From Candidatus Saganbacteria bacterium (GTDB lineage Bacteria; Margulisbacteria; WOR-1; XYC2-FULL-46-14; XYC2-FULL-37-10), in contig JACRPL010000006.1 in the NCBI GenBank assembly GCA_016223245.1, positions 21,417-85,416 of the forward strand: 64,000 bases of DNA, in the 5' to 3' direction. The notes below the pieces were generated by a model. The model worked only from the letters and a program-made list of their open reading frames with translations, ran no database searches and was not told where the DNA came from. This document shows, piece by piece, positions 1 through 9,419 of this stretch (its first letter is position 1; the number at the start of each line of letters is the position of its first letter). A program made the translations under genes and the position numbers.

Positions 1-1382
1 TCCATGGCTTTATATCCATCATCGATCCTATCCTGGTATTTAGAGTCGATATTGGCGATTATCCTATTTTCGACAGCCTCCATTTGCGATTCTTTAGATT
101 TATCTTTTGCTTTATCCAGCGCTTTATTGTCGATTATCCGTGTATTGGACGGGTCTTGCACGTCGTCCTGTATGTCGGCTATTTTTGACGCGCCCCATTT
201 TGAAAGAGCTGCCGCGGCAGAAATTGCCGCAACCGTCAATACTGCGCCAATGCCTGTCCACGAAAAAATTGCTCCGACAATAGCAACTACAAGCGCCGCG
301 ACCTGCAAGAAGCTCCCCATAAAATGGAGGAATTGGTAGCCCGCAGAATTCAATTTGTCGATCTGCTTTTGCATATATCTAGACTGGTTTGTAAGTTTTG
401 CAATGGCGATCAAATTTGTCGATTGGGTATTGAATACCGACATTGTGCGTCCCGCTTCTTTTTCGAACAATTGCTGGTATGCTTTTGCTTTTGAATCCGA
501 GCCTTTGACCTCGTTTGAGGCTTCAAAGATCAGGTTTCCCGCATCAGCTTTGACTTCGCGGGAGGCTAAGATATGCCTTTGGACATTCAAAATATTGGTT
601 AATTTTTTCTTTAATTCGTCGATCGATTTTCTAAGCGATGGGACGTCGATATAGTCGCCGCTGCCGTCGTTTTGGTAAAGGCCCGTATTCAATCCGTTAA
701 AAGCATCCGTTGCCCGGGTGGAAAAATCGCCATTAAGCCCCGCAAGCCCTTTTTGGTTCACGGCCTTGTTCAATTGGGAATAGCTTTCCTGCATTGCCGC
801 GTTGAATTCATCGGTTATTTTTTTCTTTTCTTCCGCTCTCCAATCTTCATCGTCACAGAACGGCAAACTATCATGCCATTCCGAGGCTTCCTCGTCGATC
901 TCCGCATTACGATTATTTAATACTGCCTGGTTGTATGTTTGTATCTTGGACATAATGCTTGAGACGCCCTGGTTATACATCTCATCCCTTAAGCTGATGC
1001 TCTTTAATGCCGTTTCAATCTGCGAAGGCTTCTTTGATTTTTTAGCGTCGCTTATCTGCGCTTTTTGGAAATTAATTTCGAAAAGCATTTCGTTCAATTC
1101 TCTTCTTGTTTCATTGTAAACCGCGAGATTGAGCGATAAATAGTCTCTTGTGTTGTTTAAGTCGTAAAGCGCTCCAAGGTTTTTACCGTCGGCTACTTGG
1201 AAGCTTCCTTTTGAGTTTGTAAAATCGCCGCCTGCAGCATAGATAGCGGACTTTTTAGCGTCATAATATTCTTCAAAGTTTTGGATATAGCCAGAATCGT
1301 CCATGCGGCCGCTTTCACTGTTTTGGAAGTAGTCGTCAACTTTGACCGTATTTTGATTGGATATAGGCGCGCTTGTATTCAT
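1..1382 (-). CDS. Hypothetical protein, C-terminally truncated by the window edge (more than 460 aa visible). A long helical soluble region is followed by a ~36-aa hydrophobic helical hairpin.
   Basis: Reverse-strand translation by hand from ATG at 1380-1382 gives MNTSAPISNQNTVKVDDYFQ... and no stop codon down to position 1. The hairpin reads FLQVAALVVAIVGAIFSWTGIGAVLTVAAISAAAAL. The gene is missing from the ORF track only because it lacks an in-window stop. The plus-strand ORFs listed for 4..1514 are antisense artefacts of it. Confidence 0.5.
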   Translation of the reverse strand, partial: MNTSAPISNQNTVKVDDYFQNSESGRMDDSGYIQNFEEYYDAKKSAIYAAGGDFTNSKGSFQVADGKNLGALYDLNNTRDYLSLNLAVYNETRRELNEMLFEINFQKAQISDAKKSKKPSQIETALKSISLRDEMYNQGVSSIMSKIQTYNQAVLNNRNAEIDEEASEWHDSLPFCDDEDWRAEEKKKITDEFNAAMQESYSQLNKAVNQKGLAGLNGDFSTRATDAFNGLNTGLYQNDGSGDYIDVPSLRKSIDELKKKLTNILNVQRHILASREVKADAGNLIFEASNEVKGSDSKAKAYQQLFEKEAGRTMSVFNTQSTNLIAIAKLTNQSRYMQKQIDKLNSAGYQFLHFMGSFLQVAALVVAIVGAIFSWTGIGAVLTVAAISAAAALSKWGASKIADIQDDVQDPSNTRIIDNKALDKAKDKSKESQMEAVENRIIANIDSKYQDRIDDGYKAM

Positions 1383-1456
1383 TACATATATATAATCGTG
1401 GCAAGATGCGGCAAACTTGCATTAAAAACAGGAAGTAATGCGGGCTTGTGGCGAGT

Positions 1457-2485
1457 TTATTTTGTCGGAACAGCTATTTCCGGCAGCTTGGAATCCTTTA
1501 CATTTTTAAGATAAAATGCGTTAATAACCGCTTCATTGATATAGTATTTTTCTTTGGCTTTTGGCCTCAAGAAGTTCCAAAATGAAGAATTAAGATCTTT
1601 TTTGTCGAAACCGCCTTCTTTAATGAAAGCCGAAAAAATGCCTCTTAAAAATCTATCTTTTATTCTGGCATTATTCAGATCGACACCATCAAACTCGATA
1701 TTGTTTCTCAAGCAATACGATTCGTATGCGGCATGATAGATATAAAACAACAATGTCTTTATATGTTTTGGCGGGTCTTCTTTGGTCTTTTGCCATTCTT
1801 CGTATCTTGAAACTTGCTCTTCTCTTGAAGCTGCCGACGTATAATATGCGCGCCATGCCAAATCAAGATATTTATTATATGTTTCCTTGTCGTTTCGTCC
1901 AAGCCCTGTTACGTCAATATTATCCTCGGAACCATGTAATTTATAATATACGATCTCATCTTTCCTCATGATCTGGAGGAACCCTTCTCTGGTCAACTGG
2001 TACCGTGCATATAATACTTGCTGGTAGAAATCTATTCGGTTTTTCAGGTCTATGTAGCTTATAGAAGCTTTCCCATCGCCAAAAAGCTTTAGGAAATTGT
2101 CTTCCTTGAAATTATCGTCAGATAATCCTGTGTCTTCAAGGATCAATGCCTTCAATTGTTTTAGATCGATATTCCCGTCTTTATCTATTAGCTTGTCCAC
2201 CTTGTCAGCGAATTTCTTTGAAAGCCTAAGAGATGATTCTGATTGTTCGCACATGCGGTTGAATTTTGCCCTTAAAAACCCGCCGGGCGTCCTTTTTTCA
2301 TTGTCGTCCGGTATGGCGACTTTAGCTGCGGCTGAAGTTCCGGCTCCTGGCGCAATATCTCCGCGAATAATTGCGGCATCTACAGGCAATGCTCCGGATG
2401 GGACATCAGATTCCCTCCTTGGAGCTTTTCCGATTCGTTCAGGCGGCCTGCGTGTTATTGGCGCCGCTGGCGCGATTTCTGCCAT
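1457..2485 (-). CDS. Hypothetical protein, 342 aa, with a GC-rich Ala/Pro/Gly-rich N-terminus (MAEIAP...VPSGAL...) paralogous to the small upstream protein.
   Basis: Complete ORF. Its ATG (2485-2483) overlaps the TAA of the upstream 67-aa gene as TAATG, which suggests translational coupling. The N-terminal ~50 codons are conspicuously GC-rich within an AT-rich genome. No recognisable catalytic motif was found. Confidence 0.55.
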   Translation of the reverse strand: MAEIAPAAPITRRPPERIGKAPRRESDVPSGALPVDAAIIRGDIAPGAGTSAAAKVAIPDDNEKRTPGGFLRAKFNRMCEQSESSLRLSKKFADKVDKLIDKDGNIDLKQLKALILEDTGLSDDNFKEDNFLKLFGDGKASISYIDLKNRIDFYQQVLYARYQLTREGFLQIMRKDEIVYYKLHGSEDNIDVTGLGRNDKETYNKYLDLAWRAYYTSAASREEQVSRYEEWQKTKEDPPKHIKTLLFYIYHAAYESYCLRNNIEFDGVDLNNARIKDRFLRGIFSAFIKEGGFDKKDLNSSFWNFLRPKAKEKYYINEAVINAFYLKNVKDSKLPEIAVPTK

Positions 2486-2688
2486 TATTTAACCCCCAGG
2501 TAATTTTCAATATTAGAAGATTCAATCCTGAATTGTGCGAGTTTTTTTTGGAAACTTTCACGGATATCCTTCAATTCAGCTTTTGCTTTTTTGCGGTTAA
2601 TATACGCGGAAAACAATTGATAAGCATTTATCAATGTTAACATAGCTATAAATCCAAGTGAAAATGAAATCCAGTTAATATCAAACAT
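2485..2688 (-). CDS. Small membrane protein, 67 aa, with one N-terminal TM helix and a charged helical tail.
   Basis: An AGGAG-type RBS (reverse complement of 2689-2700, aagaggagaatt) lies directly upstream of the ATG at 2688. The hydrophobic stretch is ISFSLGFIAMLTLINAYQLF. The gene sits between two paralogous genes in the same orientation. Confidence 0.5.
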   Translation of the reverse strand: MFDINWISFSLGFIAMLTLINAYQLFSAYINRKKAKAELKDIRESFQKKLAQFRIESSNIENYLGVK

Positions 2689-2698
2689 AATTCTCCTC

Positions 2699-2935
2699 TT
2701 AGATTACCGTATTTGTTTTCGGCGCAATTGCACCGGGTGTTTGTACAGGCATTGTCGGTACTTCAGCTATATTTTTTTTTGGCAATAATGCTCCTGCTAC
2801 ACCGTTTAGGCTAACTTCCAGCAAACCTCTTGCGCCTGTTAATGCGAGCCTGCCGGATGGGACCCCGCGTGATTTAGCCGAAGCCGCGTCACTAAAACCT
2901 CTCCCCATTCCTCCGTTCGGATCGATCTCTGCCAT
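2699..2935 (-). CDS. Small Ala/Gly/Pro-rich protein, 78 aa, beginning MAEIDPNGG...VPSGRL..., paralogous to the N-terminus of the 342-aa protein.
   Basis: The start is an internal ATG at 2933-2935 of the listed 138-aa ORF, chosen because a GGAGG sequence lies 10 nt upstream (reverse complement of 2946-2950). The first 60 codons of the listed ORF overlap PBP1A and were discarded. There is a 10-nt gap to the next gene. Confidence 0.5.
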   Translation of the reverse strand: MAEIDPNGGMGRGFSDAASAKSRGVPSGRLALTGARGLLEVSLNGVAGALLPKKNIAEVPTMPVQTPGAIAPKTNTVI

Positions 2936-3011
2936 GATAATTTCGCCTCCACAATGTATATCGCATCCAATCGCAATAAACTTGCATGCAATCATGATAT
3001 AATTATACACA

Positions 3012-5084
3012 ATGAACCAGAAGAAAACGCCTAAAAAAAGACCTCGATCCTTGCTTATTGTCATTTTAATTATTGCAGCCGCGATCGTTGGCATATTTGT
3101 CCAAACAATGCTCACGCTTCCAAAAGTCGAAACGCTTGATTATTATATCCCATCGGAATCGACGACTTTATTTTCGTCAGACAGCAATCCGATGGCCCGC
3201 TTCCACAAAGAGGAAAACAGGCGCGTTGTGCAAATGTCTAGTATAAGCCCGTATATTAAGAAAGCCGTGATCTCAATCGAGGATGAGAGGTTTTATTCCC
3301 ATAACGGGGTCGATTTTCAAGGGATACTAAGGGCGGCGGGAAAAAATTTATTATGCGGCAGGATCGTTGAAGGCGGATCAACAATTACCCAGCAGCTTGC
3401 CCGCAACTTGTTCTTGACCCGGCAAAAAAGCATTGTCAGAAAATTCGCAGAGATCATTATTGCCCTGCAGATCGAGCATCGATTCACAAAACAAGAAATA
3501 CTCGAATATTATTTGAACCAGATTTATTTCGGGCATAACGCTTACGGCATCGAATCGGCATCTGACCTTTATTTTGACAAGCATGCAAAAGACCTGACGC
3601 TTGCCGAAGCTTCAATGCTTGCAGGCATTATTGAAGGGCCGGAGCTTTTTTCCCCTTATAAGAATATGAAGCTTGCAAAAGGGAGGCAAAAACTGGTACT
3701 GGCCAAAATGGTCGACCTGGGGCTTACATCTTTAACCGAAGCCCAAAACGCCTTCCAGGAGATACTTCCTATTTATCCTGAAAATTTAAGGAAATTCGGC
3801 AACATGGCGCCGTATTTTGTAGATTACATCCTCCAATTGTTGACCGAAAAATATGGGGAGGAAATGGTCAATAAAGGCGGTTTAAGGGTTTACACGACGC
3901 TTGACCCTAACATGCAGATTGCGGCTGAAGAGGCTGTTAAGCGTTTTGCAGAGGGCGAAGGGCCAAAATACAATTTCTCGCAGGCATCATTGATAGCGAT
4001 CGATCCCCGCTCCGGCCATATAAAAGCGATGGTCGGCGGGGTGGATTTTGTTAAAAGCCAATTTAATCGTGCTGTCCAGGCTAAGCGCCAGCCAGGCTCT
4101 TCATTTAAGCCGTTCATCTATGCTGCGGCGATCGAAAAAGGGATATCTCCCGGCACAGTGATCGAAGATAAGCCGATAAGTTTTAAAGTTTACCGGAACA
4201 AGTGGAACCCTCGCGGAAGCTGGTCGCCAAAAAACTTCGACAAAAAGTTCCACGGGAACGTTACCCTGCAGACCGCTCTTGAAAAGTCGCTAAACATTCC
4301 AGCCATTCAGTTGCTCCAGGATATCGGTGTTTCGGCCGCGATCTCAATTGCGCAAAGGATGGGAATAACAAGCAGGCTTGAGCCTGCCTTATCCCTTGCT
4401 TTGGGCGCATCGGAAGTTACGTTATACGAAATGACATCTGCTTTCGGTGTTTTTGCGAACAACGGCGTCAGATTTGAGCCTGTTGCCATTACAAAGATCG
4501 TCGACCGTAATGGAAACGTGATATTTCAGCACGAGGCTCGAGGGAAAAGAGTGCTTTCTGATAATGTCGCGGCAGTAATGGATGAGATGATGGAAGGCGT
4601 TATCTTGCGCGGTACGGGCGTTGCAGGGAATATCGGAAGGCCTGCGGCGGCAAAAACAGGGACTTCGCAGGATTTCCGCGATGCATGGTTTGTAGGTTTT
4701 ACTCCCCACCTTGTTTGCGGTGTTTGGGTCGGAAACGACAACAATGCCCATATGAAAGGAGTTGCCGAAGTTGCAGTCTGCCCAAGGCTTTGGAGGGAGT
4801 TTATGTCTAAAGCCATGGGAGTATATCCTGCGGTCGATTTCCAGAAACCTCAAGGGCTTGTGGCCGTAAAAATCTGTTTAAGCTCGGGCCTGCTTCCTAA
4901 TTCATCCTGTCCCAAGGATAAGATCGTTTCTGCCAAGTATTTTGAAAAGGATATTCCGATAGCCGAATGTTATATCCACCCGACGGAGAAAGACGCGGTC
5001 GAAGAGAAAGAAGACGAGCCGGAAGGAAGTTCAGATGAGCAATTAAAAGAAACGGAAGGAATACCTACTGATGGCATCAATTAA
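3012..5084 (+). CDS. mrcA: Class A penicillin-binding protein (PBP1A; transglycosylase plus transpeptidase).
   Basis: N-terminal TM anchor. Glycosyltransferase motifs ISIEDERFYSHNGVD and RIVEGGSTITQQLARN. Transpeptidase motifs SSFKPF and KTGT. 690 aa. Confidence 0.9.
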   Translation: MNQKKTPKKRPRSLLIVILIIAAAIVGIFVQTMLTLPKVETLDYYIPSESTTLFSSDSNPMARFHKEENRRVVQMSSISPYIKKAVISIEDERFYSHNGVDFQGILRAAGKNLLCGRIVEGGSTITQQLARNLFLTRQKSIVRKFAEIIIALQIEHRFTKQEILEYYLNQIYFGHNAYGIESASDLYFDKHAKDLTLAEASMLAGIIEGPELFSPYKNMKLAKGRQKLVLAKMVDLGLTSLTEAQNAFQEILPIYPENLRKFGNMAPYFVDYILQLLTEKYGEEMVNKGGLRVYTTLDPNMQIAAEEAVKRFAEGEGPKYNFSQASLIAIDPRSGHIKAMVGGVDFVKSQFNRAVQAKRQPGSSFKPFIYAAAIEKGISPGTVIEDKPISFKVYRNKWNPRGSWSPKNFDKKFHGNVTLQTALEKSLNIPAIQLLQDIGVSAAISIAQRMGITSRLEPALSLALGASEVTLYEMTSAFGVFANNGVRFEPVAITKIVDRNGNVIFQHEARGKRVLSDNVAAVMDEMMEGVILRGTGVAGNIGRPAAAKTGTSQDFRDAWFVGFTPHLVCGVWVGNDNNAHMKGVAEVAVCPRLWREFMSKAMGVYPAVDFQKPQGLVAVKICLSSGLLPNSSCPKDKIVSAKYFEKDIPIAECYIHPTEKDAVEEKEDEPEGSSDEQLKETEGIPTDGIN

Positions 5085-6468
5085 GTTCGGCACCGACGGC
5101 TGGAGGGCGGAGATCGCACGGGATTTTACATTTGAAAACCTTTCAAAAGTAACATATGCATTTATAAGATACCTTGTAAATTCTGGCCTGGCGGATAAAG
5201 GCATTGCCGTCGGGTACGACAACAGGTTCCAATCAGAGGATTTTGCAAGGAAATCAGCGGAGATCTGTTCAAATGCAGGGATCAAAACATTCTTATCGGA
5301 AATATCGCTTCCTTCCCCCGCTCTTTCATATTATGTATATTCGCAAAAACTTTCCGCCGGTATAATGATAACCGCAAGCCACAATCCAAGCGCCTGGAAC
5401 GGTTTTAAGATAAAAGAATCTTTTGGCGGATCTGCAAGGCCGGAAGTGACGCAAGCGATTGAAGCCGAACTTCAATCTTTAAACCTCCAACTTCCAACGT
5501 CCAACATCAAAAGAGAAATTGAGACTTTCGATCCCAAACCCGATTATTTAAAGCACATAGCTTCATTTGTTGATCTCAATAAGATAAAGAGCGCGGGGAT
5601 CACTATGGTCCTTGACCCGATGAACGGCAGCGGATCTTCTTTCTTAAAAGAGCTTTTGCCTGATTTAGTCGAAATAAATAATAATCGCGATCCTCTTTTC
5701 CATGGGGTTGCTCCCGAACCGCTGCCTGTTAATCTCTCCGAATTAAGTTCGATAGTAAAAGACGGAGAAAATAAGAATAAATTAACTGTTGGCATTGCGA
5801 TAGACGGCGATGCCGATAGGATCGCGGCGTACGATCCCGATGGGACTTATATTTCGTCCCATTATGTCTTTTCTTTGATCTTGAAGCATTTGGTCGAGAA
5901 TAAAAAACTAAAGGGAAAGATCGTCAAGACCTTTAATATTTCAAGGCTTGTCGAATTCCAGGCGAAAGAATATGGGCTTGAGATAATAGAGACCCCGATC
6001 GGATTCAAATACATCGCTGACCAATTCTTGAGAGGAGGTGTATTGATCGGCGGCGAGGAAAGCGGAGGCCTTGGCATAATCGGCAATATTCCCGAAAGAG
6101 ACGGATCTCTTAACGCTTTGCTTCTGCTCGAGCTTGTGGCCATAACAAAGAAGACCTTATCGCAAAATCTAAACGAGATCATGAAGAAACATGGTTTCTT
6201 CTATTATGATAGGATCGATCTCCATTTAAGCCGCGAGATATTCGGTCCAATAATGAAAGAATTGGTTGAACTCAAGGAATTTGGAGGACTTTCTGTTTCA
6301 AAAGTTGAGACGTTGGACGGCGTAAAACTCAATTTTGCAGATGAATCGTGGATATTGTTCCGGGCATCAGGGACTGAACCATTGCTTAGGATCTACGCCG
6401 AAGGCAAAACGATGGACAACGTAAAATTGTTGTTATCATACGGTCAGAAGCTATTTACTCGGTCTTGA
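5071..6468 (+). CDS. Phosphomannomutase/phosphoglucomutase family protein.
   Basis: FGTDGWRA N-terminal motif, active-site serine loop TASHNPSAWNG, metal-binding IDGDADR. 465 aa. It could supply mannose-1-P or glucose-1-P to the downstream glycan operon. Confidence 0.85.
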   Translation: MASIKFGTDGWRAEIARDFTFENLSKVTYAFIRYLVNSGLADKGIAVGYDNRFQSEDFARKSAEICSNAGIKTFLSEISLPSPALSYYVYSQKLSAGIMITASHNPSAWNGFKIKESFGGSARPEVTQAIEAELQSLNLQLPTSNIKREIETFDPKPDYLKHIASFVDLNKIKSAGITMVLDPMNGSGSSFLKELLPDLVEINNNRDPLFHGVAPEPLPVNLSELSSIVKDGENKNKLTVGIAIDGDADRIAAYDPDGTYISSHYVFSLILKHLVENKKLKGKIVKTFNISRLVEFQAKEYGLEIIETPIGFKYIADQFLRGGVLIGGEESGGLGIIGNIPERDGSLNALLLLELVAITKKTLSQNLNEIMKKHGFFYYDRIDLHLSREIFGPIMKELVELKEFGGLSVSKVETLDGVKLNFADESWILFRASGTEPLLRIYAEGKTMDNVKLLLSYGQKLFTRS

Positions 6469-7843
6469 TCTTGCTCGACTTTTCCTGAAGGCCCCTCTCA
6501 AAAGCCTCTTTCTTTTCGATCCTGATTATTTCTTCCATTTCCTTTGCCGCAAGGCCGCCCATGCCCATGCTTTTATAAGTCTTCTGGAGCTCCTTATGCA
6601 GGTTCTTGTTGTCGCCCGCAATAAGCGAAGCCTTCCTGAACTGTTCTGCCGCGAGGTTTTTTTCGTTGTTTTTTACAAGAGCTTGGCCAAGGACAATATA
6701 CATGTTCGGGTCGGCCGCCGCTATGCTTGCGGCATTTTTGTATTCTGATATCGCCGACTTGATATCCCCTGAATCCTCCAAGAGCAGGCCTAGGAACAAG
6801 TGCGGGTATGCATTTTGGGGGTTTTGGGCGATCGATCTTTTGTATTCCGCGATTGCTTCTGAAACCTTGCCCTTAAACCGAAGGTCAAGCGCGCGCATAT
6901 TCGAATCTAATATCTCAACTTTTGCCTTTTGCTTCAATTTATAAAACCAATCTTGGAAGGCTCTCTCCTGTTTTTCTTGGCGGACAGCCGCCTCGACATC
7001 GGATTTCCCCTTTATTACCCTAACGCGCGCATCGCTAACTTTAATTATGTGGTAGCCGAAATCCGTTTTGACAGGCCCGCCAACATCGCCGATCTTTAAC
7101 GAATAGGCAAGATCTTCAAAAGGCTTGACCATTGATCCAGTCGAAAAAAATCCCAGGTCCCCTCCCCTGTCTTTTGAGCCTGGGTCTTCAGAGTATTTTT
7201 TGGCAAGAGCAGCGAAATTTTCGCCTTTTTCCGCGCGTGCTTTTATTTCCTCTGCCAATTTCCGTGATTTTTCTTCTGAATTCTGGATGTTAGGCTTGAT
7301 AGTAATCAAAATGTGGCTAGCCTTTATCTCTTTCAAATCGTTTGGGGAAAATGGCGCCTGGTTTCTTATTTCTTGGACCATCTTCTGCACTGCTATTTCA
7401 TCCCTTATCATTTTCCTGAACTTGGAAAAAGACACATTAGACCTTTCCATTGCATTTTTAAGTTCACCGATTGAATTGAATTTTTGCTGTTTTGCTATTT
7501 GGTCGAGAGTTGCATTTAGCTCATCATTTGATATCCTTTGCCGTTTCCTTGCCTCGTCAAGTATTATTGAAAAATCGATCGTTTGCGATAACGCGAGATT
7601 TTGGACAAAAAGGAGGTCGGATGGCTTAAGAGCTTCCGGAAAATTCTGCCTGATCCTTGAAAAGATATCATTGAACCTCATAGGATCGACTTCCTTGCCG
7701 TTGATCTTTATGAACCCGGCATTTTTCCCGCTAGAGATCTGCTTAATACCCGCGTAGCCCAAGCCGTAAAACATCGATCCCACAAATACTACCGCAACAA
7801 TGATCATTATTATTTTTGTTTTTTTCCTTAAAAATGTCAGCAT
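6455..7843 (-). CDS. Membrane-anchored parvulin-type peptidyl-prolyl isomerase (PpiD/SurA-like) with a C-terminal TPR region.
   Basis: N-terminal TM helix, a SurA-N-like helical domain, parvulin signature ...GGDLGFF...FGYHIIKV, and a TPR-like C-terminus. Confidence 0.8.
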   Translation of the reverse strand: MLTFLRKKTKIIMIIVAVVFVGSMFYGLGYAGIKQISSGKNAGFIKINGKEVDPMRFNDIFSRIRQNFPEALKPSDLLFVQNLALSQTIDFSIILDEARKRQRISNDELNATLDQIAKQQKFNSIGELKNAMERSNVSFSKFRKMIRDEIAVQKMVQEIRNQAPFSPNDLKEIKASHILITIKPNIQNSEEKSRKLAEEIKARAEKGENFAALAKKYSEDPGSKDRGGDLGFFSTGSMVKPFEDLAYSLKIGDVGGPVKTDFGYHIIKVSDARVRVIKGKSDVEAAVRQEKQERAFQDWFYKLKQKAKVEILDSNMRALDLRFKGKVSEAIAEYKRSIAQNPQNAYPHLFLGLLLEDSGDIKSAISEYKNAASIAAADPNMYIVLGQALVKNNEKNLAAEQFRKASLIAGDNKNLHKELQKTYKSMGMGGLAAKEMEEIIRIEKKEAFERGLQEKSSKIKTE

Positions 7844-7845
7844 TT

Positions 7846-8739
7846 CTACTCCTTATCTTTTATAAGCCTTGAAACGGAAATATACCCTCCAAGCATCCCG
7901 AGAATAAGTCCGCTTGCAAATACCCCGATATAAATTGATACCAGGACTCCTCCGCTGTAAATAAGCGGCAGGAACGGGAGCGCCGCCTGTATGCGGTAAG
8001 CTATTGTTTCATAAAGCGATTTTAGGACAAATACGCCTATTCCTCCTCCCAAGATGCCGATAATTATTCCCTCGATCACGAACGGCCACCTTACAAAAGA
8101 TTCTGTTGCGCCGACAAGCTTCATGATATAAATGTCTGTCGCCCGGGCAAGGACGGTCAGCCTTATGGTATTAACTACGATTAGAAGCGTTGCGGCGAAC
8201 AATAATACCATAAGCCCGGCGCCCCCGATCCTGACGGCTTCAATCAGGGTCTGTATTTGCTTTATCAGTTTCCCGCTGTACCTTACTTCCTCGATCTCGG
8301 AATATTTCGCAACTTCTTCGGCCACATGAGGCAGAAGATCCGGGGTCCTGACTTTTATAGCGTATGTATTAGGAAGCGGATTGTCGCGCACAAGTTCGTC
8401 AAGGTTCAGCCTTCCGCCGAAATCTTCCTTGAAATTTTTCCAGGCTTCTTCTTTAGAGATATATCTCACTTCTTCGATGCCGGATATTTTTGAAATTGAA
8501 AGCTGGAGGGATGCCGCGTTGTCGCTGCTCAAATTCTTATTGACATAGGCTACCATGTCAAGCCTTGCTCCGACATTTGAAACAATATGCCCAAGGTTAG
8601 CGATAAAGATGAGGAAAAGCCCGAAGATGAAAAGCGATACGGTCACGATGCCTATCGCAACAATGCTCATTAAGCCGGAGCGCTTGATCCCGCGGAAAGC
8701 TTCGACAAAAAAGAATTCCAGATTGTTTAAGAATTTCAT
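7846..8739 (-). CDS. ftsX: Cell division permease FtsX.
   Basis: Four-TM FtsX topology with a large periplasmic loop. Immediately downstream of ftsE with a 4-nt overlap. Confidence 0.9.
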   Translation of the reverse strand: MKFLNNLEFFFVEAFRGIKRSGLMSIVAIGIVTVSLFIFGLFLIFIANLGHIVSNVGARLDMVAYVNKNLSSDNAASLQLSISKISGIEEVRYISKEEAWKNFKEDFGGRLNLDELVRDNPLPNTYAIKVRTPDLLPHVAEEVAKYSEIEEVRYSGKLIKQIQTLIEAVRIGGAGLMVLLFAATLLIVVNTIRLTVLARATDIYIMKLVGATESFVRWPFVIEGIIIGILGGGIGVFVLKSLYETIAYRIQAALPFLPLIYSGGVLVSIYIGVFASGLILGMLGGYISVSRLIKDKE

Positions 8740-9419
8740 GGCTGGTTGTAAACTCCTAATTGCTGGTCGCGGATGACCCTTCCGTTGTCTAGCGCTACGA
8801 CCCTCCGCTTCATGCTGTCGACGATGTTTTTGTTATGGGTCGAGACAAGGACTGTTGTATCGCGCCTGTTGATCTTGTCTAATAGCTCCATGATCTCCCA
8901 AGAAGTCGTAGGGTCAAGATTTCCTGTCGGTTCGTCAGCCAAAAGCAGCGTCGGATTGTTGACTATTGCGCGGGCTATGCAGACCCTTTGTTTCTCTCCG
9001 CCGGAGAGGTGTTCGGGGAACGACGAAGACCTTTTGAACATTTGGACAAGTTCGAGCGCCTGCATTGTGCGGCGCCTTATCTGCGACCTTGGCACGGAAG
9101 TTACCTGCAGTGCAAATGCCACATTCTCGTAAACGGTCCTTCTCTGGAGCAATTTAAAATCCTGGAAAACAACCCCGATATTCCTTCGCAAATAAGGCAC
9201 CTGTTCCGGGGTCAAGTCCGAAACATTGATCCTGTCGACGATAACTTTTCCCGAAGTCGGCCATTCTTCGCGGTAAAGCATTTTCATGAGAGTTGTTTTG
9301 CCTGCCCCTGACGACCCCACAATAAAAACGAATTCTTCCTTGCCGATGTGGAGATTGACGTCGAATAGCGCTTCAACGCCGTTTGGATATATTTTTGATA
9401 CGTTCTTAAGTTCGATCAT
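8736..9419 (-). CDS. ftsE: Cell division ATP-binding protein FtsE.
   Basis: Walker [13 protein letters not shown] signature LSGGEKQR, Walker B LLLADEP. 227 aa. Confidence 0.92.
   Translation of the reverse strand: MIELKNVSKIYPNGVEALFDVNLHIGKEEFVFIVGSSGAGKTTLMKMLYREEWPTSGKVIVDRINVSDLTPEQVPYLRRNIGVVFQDFKLLQRRTVYENVAFALQVTSVPRSQIRRRTMQALELVQMFKRSSSFPEHLSGGEKQRVCIARAIVNNPTLLLADEPTGNLDPTTSWEIMELLDKINRRDTTVLVSTHNKNIVDSMKRRVVALDNGRVIRDQQLGVYNQP

Noticed and set aside
4-1514. Five plus-strand ORFs (4..339, 355..654, 672..920, 802..1119, 1281..1514) in the first 1.5 kb.
   Set aside because: They are low-complexity antisense artefacts of the minus-strand gene at 1..1382. That gene runs off the window, so it was not listed in the track.
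2080-2120. EF-hand-like loop DKDGNIDLKQLK in the 342-aa protein.
   Set aside because: It lacks the Gly at position 6 and the Glu at position 12 in register, so it is not a convincing calcium-binding loop.
2936-3115. The N-terminal 60 codons of the listed 138-aa ORF (2699..3115, minus strand).
   Set aside because: They overlap the well-supported PBP1A start and have no RBS. The internal ATG at 2935 has a GGAGG sequence 10 nt upstream, so the gene was shortened to 2699..2935.
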